NCBI GenBank assembly: GCA_964005815.1
Contig: CAXFSR010000024.1
Span: 1 to 42,021 of the forward strand
DNA from: an uncultured Nitrospinaceae bacterium
Lineage (GTDB): Bacteria > UBA8248
DNA length: 42,021 nt
Direction of reading: 5' to 3'
The notes beneath the pieces were generated by a model. That model made no database searches, was not told the DNA's origin, and was given only the letters and a program-made list of their open reading frames with translations. This document shows positions 1-9,481 of the stretch, piece after piece. The position numbers and the translations under genes are program-made. Within the stretch, counting starts at the first letter, position 1. Each line of letters begins with the position of its first letter.

Positions 1-606
1 ATACTTCCCACCATTTATACCGCGACCGGGAGAATTTTTACATTTTGGTAAACTAGAAGAGAAATCGGTTTTCTTTTCTACAAATCTCTTTTGTTTTTTT
101 ACTTCTTTACTCGGGTCTTGGAATCTTCCACTCACCCAGATACCAACGTATTTTTTCCCACTAGCAAAGGTTAGGGTTCCTTGTCCGTGGTATTTACCAT
201 CCTTGAATTCACCAACGTATTTTTTCCCACTAGCAAAGATAAGGGTTCCCTGTCCATTAAATTTGCCCTTTTTCCATTTTCCTTCGTATCTTATCCCAGT
301 TGTCCATATCCTAGTGCCCTGCCCATCCTCTAATCCTTTTTTAAAATGCCCATGGTGTACATATCCTGTCCACTTCCCATTTTTTCTATATTTAACAATG
401 AATAATCCCTTGCCATGGAGTTTTCCATTTAGGCAATTGCCAGACCAGGTTCCAGTTAGTGTTGTCTCAAAAGGATTTGGATCTATCCAAAATGAACAAT
501 CTGGATTATTCTTCGCTTTAATCCATTTTTCGGCAGAAAAAGTGAAATCTGCACTAAAGGAAAGAAAAAGAGTTGAAATTGAAAGGAAAAAAAATAATCT
601 CTTCAT
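1..606 (-). CDS. Secreted MORN-repeat protein (3' partial, runs off the window start)
   Basis: Translated by hand from ATG at 606: MKRLFFFLSISTLFLSFSADFTFSAEKW (signal-peptide-like), then repeats YEGKWKKGKFNGQGTLIFASGKK / YVGEFKDGKYHGQGTLTFASGKK. The frame is open to position 1. It is missing from the ORF track because no stop lies in the window. Confidence 0.9.
   Translation of the reverse strand, partial: MKRLFFFLSISTLFLSFSADFTFSAEKWIKAKNNPDCSFWIDPNPFETTLTGTWSGNCLNGKLHGKGLFIVKYRKNGKWTGYVHHGHFKKGLEDGQGTRIWTTGIRYEGKWKKGKFNGQGTLIFASGKKYVGEFKDGKYHGQGTLTFASGKKYVGIWVSGRFQDPSKEVKKQKRFVEKKTDFSSSLPKCKNSPGRGINGGKY
143..238. repeat. 69-bp-period direct repeat encoding adjacent MORN units
   Basis: ccaacgtattttttcccactagcaaag is identical at 143-169 and 212-238; 69 nt equals one 23-aa MORN repeat. 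Confidence 0.9.
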
Positions 607-677
607 TTACATTAGCCATTCTAATAGAAAAGGAACAGATAATGAAAAAACTATACTATATGTTATAAAAAACGATT

Positions 678-1856
678 TTAACGGTCCTCTATTGGAGTAT
701 AACTTGATTCTAAATCTCCAATATAAACTGCTCTTGGCCTAAATAAACGATTATCTGGAAGATATTCCAGAATTCTAGCAGTCCAACCTGAAATTCTAGC
801 TACTGCAAAAATGGGAGTGAACATATCGGTATCAATTCCCATAGCGTTGTATATAATGCCAGAGAAGAAATCTACATTCGGGAAAATGCCTCTTCCTCCA
901 AGATCAGCAACAACCAACGCTTCCAATTTTTTAGAAATCTCGTATAAATTGCCGGTTCCAGCCCTTTCTGAAAACTCCTTAGCAATTGGATCAAACAAAA
1001 CTGCTCGTGGGTCATACGCCTTATATACTCTATGACCAAAACCCATCACTTTTATTTTTTTAGCTTTTGCATCTGCAAACCATTGATCTGTAGAATCAGG
1101 GTCGCCTATCTCCATAAAAGTACGAAGGGTCATTTCGTTCGCACCGCCATGAAGAGGACCTTTTAGTGACCCAATACCAGCAATAATAGAACTATATAAA
1201 TCCGTGAGCGAACTATTTGTGACCATTGCACTAAAGGTAGATGCATTCATTCCATGTTCTGCATGCATAATCAGAGCCATATCCATTACCTCGGCAGTTC
1301 TAGCTTCAGGCATCTCTCCAGTCATCATTCGAAGGAAATCTTCTGAAAGTCCAATAGATGGATCTGGATCTAGAATAGGCTCATCTTTTCTAGCTCTTTG
1401 GGTTGCAGCTACAATAGTAGGAATTTGAGCGGTCAAAGAAAGTGCAATATCATAATTATTTTCAACCGTTACCTCGAATTCTTTTGGATTGAGTGACCCG
1501 AGCATAGAAACCGCAGTCCTTAGGGTACTCATAGGATGACCTAACTTAGCGGAATGATTTATAACATTCTTTACATCATCAGGAATCGACCTTCTCGCAG
1601 CCAAATCTGCTTTAAAAGTGTCTAATTCTGCTTTTTTGGGCAAACTTCCATTAAGCAAAAGGTAAGCGGTTTCCTCATACCCACCGCCTCCAGCACAAAG
1701 ATCGTCAATACTATAACCTCTGTATATAAGTTTTCCATTAACGCCATCAACGTAACTGATAGAACTCTCATTAGTAATAGCGCCTTCTAGACCCTTCTTA
1801 AATTCTGCTTTGCCAACAAACTGGCGTGGCTTCTCTTCGGACATGTAAAACTCCAT
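678..1856 (-). CDS. gltA: Citrate synthase (short, type I / methylcitrate synthase-like family)
   Basis: Motifs KGLEG, GKLIYRGY, HAEHGMNASTF, GPLHGGAN, MGFGHRVY, PNVDF. Confidence 0.92.
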   Translation of the reverse strand: MEFYMSEEKPRQFVGKAEFKKGLEGAITNESSISYVDGVNGKLIYRGYSIDDLCAGGGGYEETAYLLLNGSLPKKAELDTFKADLAARRSIPDDVKNVINHSAKLGHPMSTLRTAVSMLGSLNPKEFEVTVENNYDIALSLTAQIPTIVAATQRARKDEPILDPDPSIGLSEDFLRMMTGEMPEARTAEVMDMALIMHAEHGMNASTFSAMVTNSSLTDLYSSIIAGIGSLKGPLHGGANEMTLRTFMEIGDPDSTDQWFADAKAKKIKVMGFGHRVYKAYDPRAVLFDPIAKEFSERAGTGNLYEISKKLEALVVADLGGRGIFPNVDFFSGIIYNAMGIDTDMFTPIFAVARISGWTARILEYLPDNRLFRPRAVYIGDLESSYTPIEDR

Positions 1857-1988
1857 AAAAGATTAAGATTTTTGGTGTATATTGTATACAATTCTATATG
1901 CAAAACCAACAGAATTGTCTATGTAATTTTCGCTGATAATACTACGAATCCGATTGTTTAACAATCATTCTCTAGTAATCTTTTTATT

Positions 1989-2828
1989 TTACAAAGTTAG
2001 GAGCAATTCTCTTACGACTTTCGCGGCGACAATGGAACTTAACCCTGACTGATCAAGCATTGGAGATAATTCAACTACGTCTAAGCCTACAACATTTAAT
2101 CTGTCAAAAAACGTAAAAATTTGATTAAGATCAGTAAAACTTATACCTCCTGGTTCAGGACAACCTGTTCCACAAAGTTCAGAAGGATTCAACACGTCTA
2201 AATCTAGTGTTAAATAAATTGGGGAATCACTTAATTCTGAAATGAAATTACCCATTGTTTTTATATCCAATGGAAAGAGATTTTTATTTTCCTTCAATTT
2301 TCTCCATTCGGAACTAGTTCCAGATCTAATTCCAAAATGGGAGATTTTTTTTGTCCCTATTTTCACTTCTACATTAGACATTACGCACGCATGAGACAAA
2401 TTCGTACCTTCATAAGATGTTCTTAGATCCGCATGTGCATCTAGATGGATTACACGCAAATCGGGGAAGAATTCACTCGCAGCATTAACTAATCCCAAGG
2501 TTATGAGATGCTCTCCTCCCAAAGCAAAAGGAATTTTTTTATCTGTATAAATTTGTTTGGATTTTTTATAGATTTCAGAAATAGCGAGTTCAGAATTTCC
2601 CTGACCAATTTGCAGATTTCCAATATCACAAAAATTAATTTCCTCTAATCCTAAATTTAGTATAGGACTATATGTTTCAAGTCCCTCTGAAGCTGAACGA
2701 ATTGAATCAGGCCCAAATCTAGTCCCTGGACGAAAACTCGTACTTGTATCCAGAGGGCATCCAAAAATAACAATATCTGAGTTTACGTATGTTTCTTTAG
2801 CAGCTAAAAAAGTGTTTTTTGAGATCAT
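1989..2828 (-). CDS. speB: Agmatinase (ureohydrolase family)
   Basis: GGEH, DAHAD, DLDVL, PEPGG motifs; lies in a polyamine operon. Confidence 0.92.
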   Translation of the reverse strand: MISKNTFLAAKETYVNSDIVIFGCPLDTSTSFRPGTRFGPDSIRSASEGLETYSPILNLGLEEINFCDIGNLQIGQGNSELAISEIYKKSKQIYTDKKIPFALGGEHLITLGLVNAASEFFPDLRVIHLDAHADLRTSYEGTNLSHACVMSNVEVKIGTKKISHFGIRSGTSSEWRKLKENKNLFPLDIKTMGNFISELSDSPIYLTLDLDVLNPSELCGTGCPEPGGISFTDLNQIFTFFDRLNVVGLDVVELSPMLDQSGLSSIVAAKVVRELLLTL

Positions 2829-3709
2829 TTTTCACCTAAAATTCTTTTCACATAAGGTGGCAGCGCAAAAGATGCGTAATGAATTTCATTGGAATAATAT
2901 TTTAGGTCTTTGCACTTTAAAATTCGAGGATGAATTTTAAAATCACTTTTTGAATTTTTGCAGGAAAGAGCGAAAGACCACATTCCTCCTGGGTAGGTAG
3001 GCGTATTTGCTAAATAAAAAGAAGTTCGCGGGAAAATTTTTCGTATTTTTTTTGATATTATCCCCATAGATTTTGATTCAAAAAAAGGGCCTTGAGTTTG
3101 CGCAGCATATATCCCATTTTCTTTCAAAATTCTTTTTGAAGACCGAAAAAAAGATTCCGTGGTTAGAGGACTCGCAAAACCAACTGGATCTGTAGAATCC
3201 ACTATAATCACATCAAAAGACAGAGAACTTCTTCTCACAAATTTAACTGCATCTTCTATGCGCAAATCTAACTTAGGGTGCCCCAGTTCAGACGAAATAC
3301 TCGGCAAAAACTTCATTGCACTATCTACAACCATTTTGTCAATTTCCACCATAGTCACCTTTTCTACAGACTTATGTTTGAAAATTTCCCTCACACAACC
3401 TCCATCACCTCCTCCAATAACAAGGATGTTTTTTGGTTCAGGGTGTGAAAACATTGGCACATGTACGAGCATTTCATGGTAAATAAATTCGTCTCTTTCA
3501 GTTGTCTGGACTGCACCATCGAGAATAAGCATCTTTCCATATTCTTCTGTTTCTACGATTTGAATTTCTTGAAATTTGCTTTTTTCATAAAAAAGTACTT
3601 TTTTAACTGAAAAAAATAGACCTGTACCAGAACCATGAAATTCAGCAAAGGTGAAACTTCCCTTCGGAATGTTATCGTTCGGAACAAATGGAGATGATTT
3701 TAAGTCCAT
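2825..3709 (-). CDS. speE: Polyamine aminopropyltransferase (spermidine synthase)
   Basis: LDGAVQTTERDEFIYHEM, IGGGDGG, DSTDP, PTYPGG motifs. Confidence 0.95.
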   Translation of the reverse strand: MDLKSSPFVPNDNIPKGSFTFAEFHGSGTGLFFSVKKVLFYEKSKFQEIQIVETEEYGKMLILDGAVQTTERDEFIYHEMLVHVPMFSHPEPKNILVIGGGDGGCVREIFKHKSVEKVTMVEIDKMVVDSAMKFLPSISSELGHPKLDLRIEDAVKFVRRSSLSFDVIIVDSTDPVGFASPLTTESFFRSSKRILKENGIYAAQTQGPFFESKSMGIISKKIRKIFPRTSFYLANTPTYPGGMWSFALSCKNSKSDFKIHPRILKCKDLKYYSNEIHYASFALPPYVKRILGEK

Positions 3710-4167
3710 AAAACTACACCTGAAAATGAAGCACCATTTTTTTTAACTACATGTTCTGAAGATACACTTTGTATTTTCTTTACTCCTAATCCCCTAATTT
3801 TCATACTCTCTTCAGCCATAAACTCCGCTCTTTCTTCTGTAATACTTTTAGAATCAGTGTCGTGAAACTCCATAATTACACCACAGCTTTTCTTATCTAT
3901 AGGATGAGCAATAGAAACAGCAGCAGAAATTATCTGGTCGCAAATAGAAGAAGTAATAGAAGAATAGGCAATTGGAACTAAAGAACCTTCTTTAAAATTA
4001 AAAGGAGGAATTTCGCTACAATTAGGGGGAAGAATACTACTCACCTTTAAAAGGTTTGTATTTCCAACTCCAGAATTTAACAGAGCACCATCAAATGCAT
4101 TGAGTTCCGTTTCCCCATCCGAACTCGCAGAAACCATAAAATATTTTGTTGGCAAAGGAAAAATCAT
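3700..4167 (-). CDS. pdaD: Pyruvoyl-dependent arginine decarboxylase
   Basis: LNAFDGALL..GVGNTNLLKVSSILPP with the Ser-Ser self-cleavage site; operon context. Confidence 0.9.
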   Translation of the reverse strand: MIFPLPTKYFMVSASSDGETELNAFDGALLNSGVGNTNLLKVSSILPPNCSEIPPFNFKEGSLVPIAYSSITSSICDQIISAAVSIAHPIDKKSCGVIMEFHDTDSKSITEERAEFMAEESMKIRGLGVKKIQSVSSEHVVKKNGASFSGVVLWT

Positions 4168-4559
4168 TGTTTTTCAATCCTATTTAAAAACTCTTCTTTT
4201 CTTGGGGAAAGTTGCTCTAAAACTCCACGGTCGATTTTTTTTATTTCGATTCTTTCCGCACCAAATCCAATCTGCAAATTAGAGATTGCTCTTTCACATT
4301 CTAAATCCCCACATGAAAAAAAATCTATTGCGACATAATCATGCTCAGGCCAAGTATGAACGGCTAAATGACTCTCCGCTACTATGACCACACCACTAAC
4401 TCCATATGGACTGAAAGTATGAAAAACACTTTGAACAATTGTTGCACCGCTTAATAAAACAGAGGTCTTCATATGACCTTCTACAAGTTCTACATTGTTG
4501 ATGATTTCAGACTTGCAGCCAAAAAGTTCAGCCAGGAAATGCTTGCCTAAAGATCTCAA
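4164..4559 (-). CDS. speD: S-adenosylmethionine decarboxylase proenzyme (short class 1B)
   Basis: GVSGVVIVAESHLAVHTWPE and DFFSCG. Start placed at TTG 4559, 6 nt after AGGAG (4570-4566); the ORF track starts at 4565. Confidence 0.93.
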   Translation of the reverse strand: MRSLGKHFLAELFGCKSEIINNVELVEGHMKTSVLLSGATIVQSVFHTFSPYGVSGVVIVAESHLAVHTWPEHDYVAIDFFSCGDLECERAISNLQIGFGAERIEIKKIDRGVLEQLSPRKEEFLNRIEKQ

Positions 4560-4755
4560 ATACAACTCCTAAAATTGAACAGTAAATAGTTACAAAATAA
4601 AACAGAATCTTAATAACCGAGCTTAGTAGACAATGTCAACAAAACAAAAAAAAATAATAATTGATTTTAATTTTTTTACAAAAAATCAAAAAATTAGTTT
4701 ATTATTTTCAGATGTTGATAAACATTAATAGTTTGAAATTAGGAGGAAAAATTTA

Positions 4756-5010
4756 ATGACGTATGAGATCGAAATGTATACAACAGACCCATGTCCTTTC
4801 TGTATCGCCGCTAAAAATCTTCTTAAAAAACGCGGTCTTGAATGGAAAGAATACCTTGTATTCGGTGGAAGTAAAGAGTGGGAGGAAATGATTGCTAGAA
4901 CCAACGGGAAAACTGTGCCTCAAATTATTATTAATGGTGAAGTAATAGGAGGTTATCCTGAACTAACTACTATCGATAAAGAAGGAAAACTTTCCGAACT
5001 AAACAAATAA
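4756..5010 (+). CDS. grxC: Glutaredoxin (Grx3-like)
   Basis: CPFC active site, TVPQI and GG motifs; RBS aggagg at 4741. Confidence 0.9.
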   Translation: MTYEIEMYTTDPCPFCIAAKNLLKKRGLEWKEYLVFGGSKEWEEMIARTNGKTVPQIIINGEVIGGYPELTTIDKEGKLSELNK

Positions 5011-5041
5011 ATTTGAGACAGATAATTTTCTGGAGATTATT

Positions 5042-6478
5042 ATGGCACTTATGACAGCTGATGAATACAAATCAAGCCTGAAAGACGGAAGAACAGTATA
5101 TTATCGTGGGGAAAAAGTAGACGACGTTACAAATCACCCTATCATAAGTATCGCTATTGAACATGCCTCTATAGATTATAATATGGCCGAATCGGAAGAG
5201 TACAGAGACATCGCAGTAGTGAAAGACGAAAATGGCAATGAATATTCCAGATATTATCAAATTCCAAGAAATAAAAATGACCTTCTATTGAGAAGTTCTC
5301 TAATTGAAAAAAGCACTGCTTTAGGAGGAACACTGGTTGTACTTATAAAAGAGATAGGATCGGATGCCCTATTTGCACTTCATCTTATTGCATCACACAT
5401 GGATAAAGAAAATGGAACTGAATATCTTTCACGAATCAAAAATTTCTACCAGGAATGTCGTGATAAAGATTTGGCCATAAGTGTCGCGCAGACAGATGTA
5501 AAAGGAGATAGAGACAAAAGTCCAGGTGAACAAGAAGACCCTGATTTATACGTTAGGGTAGTTGATCAAGATTCCTCAGGAATTACTATCCGCGGCGCTA
5601 AAATTCATACATCGGTTTCTACAAATGCTCATGAAATTATCGTTTTACCAACAAGAAATATGAAAAAGGGTGAAGAAAAATACGCAGTCGCATGTGCAGT
5701 TCCTGCCAATTCTCCTGGTCTGACAATGATTGCAAGTGGTTATGGAAGTAGAGAAGGAAACGAGTTTGAAAATCCAATTAGTTCCCAACATAAGATGATG
5801 GAAACTCTTACAATTTTTGAAGATGTTAAAGTTCCTTGGGAACGTGTTTTTTTAAATGGGGAAGTTGAGATGGCCGGTCCATTAGCAAAACTATTTGTTG
5901 AATTTCACAGATTTACCGCTGTAAGCTATAAATTACCATTAGTAGACCTTTTTGTGGGTGCGTCTCACCTGATAGCCGAATATAACGGAACAATTAATAA
6001 AAGCCATATACGAGATAAAATTGCAAAATTGATCACATATGCACAAATCTGCAGGGGAATGACTAGAGAGGCTGCACAAGAATGTAAGATTATTGATGAA
6101 ATAGCCATTCCCAATGCTGAACTAATTAATATTGCTAAGCTTCACTTCGCAACTGGATATCACGAAGCTATTTCTTGGGTGCAAGATATTGCAGGAGGTC
6201 TTCTCGTAACCGGACCAAGCGAAGAAGACGTTCAAAATGATAAATTAAATCTTCTGATTAACAAATATCTAAAAGGTTCACCTAAAGTCAAAACTCTTAA
6301 TCGACTTAGCTTAATGAATCTAATAGCAGAAATAACGTCTACAGATTTTGCAGGATATCAAGCTGTTCTTGCCATTCATGCTGAGGGAAGTATTGAAGCT
6401 GAAAAAATGACAATTATAAAAGAACATGCAATTGAAAAATCTATCGAATACGCAAAATGGTTGGCTAAAATAAAATAG
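5042..6478 (+). CDS. HpaB / 4-hydroxybutyryl-CoA dehydratase superfamily flavoprotein
   Basis: MTADEYKSSLKDGRTVYYRGEKV, QTDVKGDR, IRGAKIH, FEDVKVPWERVF. Confidence 0.85.
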   Translation: MALMTADEYKSSLKDGRTVYYRGEKVDDVTNHPIISIAIEHASIDYNMAESEEYRDIAVVKDENGNEYSRYYQIPRNKNDLLLRSSLIEKSTALGGTLVVLIKEIGSDALFALHLIASHMDKENGTEYLSRIKNFYQECRDKDLAISVAQTDVKGDRDKSPGEQEDPDLYVRVVDQDSSGITIRGAKIHTSVSTNAHEIIVLPTRNMKKGEEKYAVACAVPANSPGLTMIASGYGSREGNEFENPISSQHKMMETLTIFEDVKVPWERVFLNGEVEMAGPLAKLFVEFHRFTAVSYKLPLVDLFVGASHLIAEYNGTINKSHIRDKIAKLITYAQICRGMTREAAQECKIIDEIAIPNAELINIAKLHFATGYHEAISWVQDIAGGLLVTGPSEEDVQNDKLNLLINKYLKGSPKVKTLNRLSLMNLIAEITSTDFAGYQAVLAIHAEGSIEAEKMTIIKEHAIEKSIEYAKWLAKIK

Positions 6479-6485
6479 GAAACAA

Positions 6486-7187
6486 ATGGAAAATAAGGCA
6501 ATAGTTGCTGTCTGGATAACAGTACACAAAAAAAATATAGAAGAATTCAGAAAATGGCATAATTGTGAACATTCAACCGATAGATTAGAAGGACCTGGAT
6601 TTAACCTTTGTCTCAGATATAATTCTTTTAATGGAACCAGCGAATTTCGTATTCTCAATATTTTCGAAGGAAAAAATCTAGAAACTTTTAATTCAGAATA
6701 TTATTTAGAGTCTAGAAATAATCCAACTCCATGGACGCAAAAATGTATGTCATTTGTAAAAGATCCTATTCGCGTAGTATACGAATTGACAGACAGTTAC
6801 GGAGAAATAGCAAAATATCAGTCTCCCTATATACACACAGTTCTCTTTAATCTAGAAGGTTCAAAAGATATCTTTTTAAAAAATCTAGAAGAGAAAATCA
6901 AAAGAAATTTATTACAATCCAAAAACTTTTCAAGATTTAGAATTTGGTCAAAAAACAAGGAACTCTCAGAAGGTAAAACGAAAGAATCAGAGATTCAAGG
7001 AAATTCGGCAAGTAAACATGATTACCTGTTATTTAGTGAAATAGAAGATGACCGGGAACAGACTCAAGATAAAATCAAACAGATTTTTGATGAAATAAAA
7101 TCACAAAATCAGACAGAACTAAAAATTCAAAAACTCACATTTGAAAAATGGTCTTTAGATTTCATAAAAACTAAAACAAAAAATTAA
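6486..7187 (+). CDS. Hypothetical protein (N-terminal DUF4286/EthD-like alpha-beta barrel)
   Basis: EEFRKWHNCEH..DRL..PGF and SEYY....NNPTPWT pattern; follows the previous gene after 7 nt. Confidence 0.6.
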   Translation: MENKAIVAVWITVHKKNIEEFRKWHNCEHSTDRLEGPGFNLCLRYNSFNGTSEFRILNIFEGKNLETFNSEYYLESRNNPTPWTQKCMSFVKDPIRVVYELTDSYGEIAKYQSPYIHTVLFNLEGSKDIFLKNLEEKIKRNLLQSKNFSRFRIWSKNKELSEGKTKESEIQGNSASKHDYLLFSEIEDDREQTQDKIKQIFDEIKSQNQTELKIQKLTFEKWSLDFIKTKTKN

Positions 7188-7217
7188 TATCCGAATTTTA
7201 TTAAAGAAAAGAGAACC

Positions 7218-8228
7218 TTGAGTTATAGAAAAATAATTTTTATTGCCCTTGTAAATATAACATTCCTTATCACAGTTATTTCTTGTTCCTTTTTGCAAGA
7301 AAAAAGAACGTCTTTGAAAGAAAGAAAAACTACGAACAAAAAAAAGTCAGAATACAACAGTTTTTCTCTTTATCTACAAAAGATTGAAAATTACAAGAAT
7401 TTAGGAAAGTTGCCTCTAATAGACGTTGAAGTTTCACTTTCACAATGGCCGAATATTCAAAAACTCGTTAACGAAATGGATAAGGGAGGAGTTGCCTTAG
7501 CAGGGATAACATCTCCAAAAAAAAACGAAATAAGAAAAGCCATTAATCGATTTCCTGAAAGATTTTTTCCACTAACACAAGAATCTTCCGAAAAAGATTG
7601 GGAAGTAGGGAAGAGTTCATTTACCCGTTCAATAACAAAACAAATAAATTCTGGGGCTTTAGGTATTGGGAAAATAAAATTTCAAGACAAAAAAAAAGCA
7701 TCACTTAAAAAAACCGAAAAAGATACCTTGAGAAATATTGTATATTTTGCGTCTAAAATGAAAGTGCCAACAATAATAACTTCCCATCCAAGCAATCAAT
7801 TTCTTGACTTGCTTGAAAAAAATCTTCAAAAAAAACCAGAGGCTAAGATTATCTGGACACAAATTGGAAGTATTGAAAAACCACATTATCTTCCTTCGTA
7901 TGGTCACGGTCTTATTCGAGCTCTTACAATACGACATCCTAATCTTATTTTTACAATCACTACAAAGAATTACGACTTAATTGAAAATAAATTTATTTTA
8001 AGAAAAAATCATCTTTACGATTCGTATGATTATTTCTCAATAGACTGGAGAAATTTAATAGAAGCTAAAATTTCTCACTTTATGTTTGGTGTGAAAAATG
8101 AAAAAAATAAAACGAATTATTCACAGAAGGTGAATAGATTCAGAAGAAATATTTTACGTAATTTTAGCTATCACACTCAGCATAGAATCGCTTATAAAAA
8201 TGCAATAAAAATATTTTTTAAAAGATAG
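7218..8228 (+). CDS. Exported/lipoprotein amidohydrolase_2-like TIM-barrel protein, metal sites degenerate
   Basis: Hydrophobic N-terminus ending VISC; LPLID, FPERFFP, GIGK, KIIWTQIG, HPNL, RIAYKNA pattern. Confidence 0.6.
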   Translation: MSYRKIIFIALVNITFLITVISCSFLQEKRTSLKERKTTNKKKSEYNSFSLYLQKIENYKNLGKLPLIDVEVSLSQWPNIQKLVNEMDKGGVALAGITSPKKNEIRKAINRFPERFFPLTQESSEKDWEVGKSSFTRSITKQINSGALGIGKIKFQDKKKASLKKTEKDTLRNIVYFASKMKVPTIITSHPSNQFLDLLEKNLQKKPEAKIIWTQIGSIEKPHYLPSYGHGLIRALTIRHPNLIFTITTKNYDLIENKFILRKNHLYDSYDYFSIDWRNLIEAKISHFMFGVKNEKNKTNYSQKVNRFRRNILRNFSYHTQHRIAYKNAIKIFFKR

Positions 8229-8332
8229 AAAAATTTTAGATCCCATGTCATAAATAACTATTTATAATAATAAAAATATCGTTTTCATTATAGAAAATTT
8301 TAGTTGCGCAAAATTTGAAGGAGAACCAATTG

Positions 8333-9481
8333 ATGTTTAATATTCGTCATCCGCAAAAGACATGGTTTGGAGTTGGTAGCGTTTCAAAAGTAGTTGAAGA
8401 AGTTAATTTCTTGAATGGGAAACATCTCCTTTTTTTCACTGACAAAGGAATTTCTGAGGCTGGGATTGCTGATATCATTTTAGAACAACTCAACAAAGAA
8501 AGTGTAGAAATTACAATCCATGATACTTGTCCTCCAGAACCTGCAATTCAAGATTTAGAAAATATTTTTGATGAATATAAAAACAAAAAATTTGATTTGG
8601 TAATAGGTGTTGGTGGAGGAAGCACCATGGATATTGCAAAATCAATGTCTGTTTTATTAACAAACACAGGAAATCCGCGTGATTTTCTTGGAATAGACTT
8701 AGTCCCTGAACCTGGACTGCCAACTATTTTACTTCCAACTACTAGCGGCACGGGTGCAGAAGCAACTCCAAATGCAATTTTTTCAATTCCCGAAGATCAG
8801 GTAAAATTAGCAATAGTAAGTACACATTTAATTCCAAAAGTAGCCGTTGTTGACCCTGAACTTACAATCACTGCTCCTCCTAAAGTTACTTCTGCTGCCG
8901 GTGTAGACGCACTAACACACTGTTTAGAAACATACGTCGCAAGGAATGCGACCATACTTAGTGAGGTATATAGTCTTGAAGGAATGAAATTAATTTCACG
9001 GTCCTTACGTAAAGTTTGTAAGGACGGAAGTGATATTGAAGCTAGAAGTGATATGGCTTTAGGTTCATATTATGGGGGTGTAGCTCTTGCAGGAGCAGGT
9101 GCAGGAGCCATTCATGCCTTAGCTTACCCACTTGGTTCCCGTTTCCATATCCCACATGGAATAAGTAATTCTCTAATGTTTTCACATGTAATGAAAATTA
9201 ACTACAGTTCGGAAATAAAAAAATTTGCAAAAATAGCTAACATACTCGATGAGGATACCCTTTCTCTCAATGAGGAAAAAGCTGCAGAACATTCAGTAGA
9301 TGCAGTTAAAAAACTTTGCGAGGACTGCGGTGTTCCCACCAGACTTAGTGAGGTAGATGTACCTGCTCACGCTATTCCAGAACTAGCCGAATCTGCTTTC
9401 AAACTCGAGAGATTATTGAATTGCAATCCCAAAAAACTTACTCTCGAAGAAATAGAAAAAATATATCAATCTGCTACTTAG
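8333..9481 (+). CDS. Iron-containing alcohol dehydrogenase
   Basis: GGGSTMD, PTTSGTGAE, DALTHCLE, HALAY, HIPHG. Start ATG 8333 follows aaggag at 8318-8323. Confidence 0.93.
   Translation: MFNIRHPQKTWFGVGSVSKVVEEVNFLNGKHLLFFTDKGISEAGIADIILEQLNKESVEITIHDTCPPEPAIQDLENIFDEYKNKKFDLVIGVGGGSTMDIAKSMSVLLTNTGNPRDFLGIDLVPEPGLPTILLPTTSGTGAEATPNAIFSIPEDQVKLAIVSTHLIPKVAVVDPELTITAPPKVTSAAGVDALTHCLETYVARNATILSEVYSLEGMKLISRSLRKVCKDGSDIEARSDMALGSYYGGVALAGAGAGAIHALAYPLGSRFHIPHGISNSLMFSHVMKINYSSEIKKFAKIANILDEDTLSLNEEKAAEHSVDAVKKLCEDCGVPTRLSEVDVPAHAIPELAESAFKLERLLNCNPKKLTLEEIEKIYQSAT

Noticed and set aside
143..238. 27-bp direct repeats with a 42-bp gap resembling a mini CRISPR array
   Set aside because: Only two copies, in frame within MORN coding repeats, and no cas genes in the window.
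203..742. 179-aa plus-strand ORF
   Set aside because: Antisense shadow of the MORN-repeat gene, overlapping the gltA end; no recognisable protein features.
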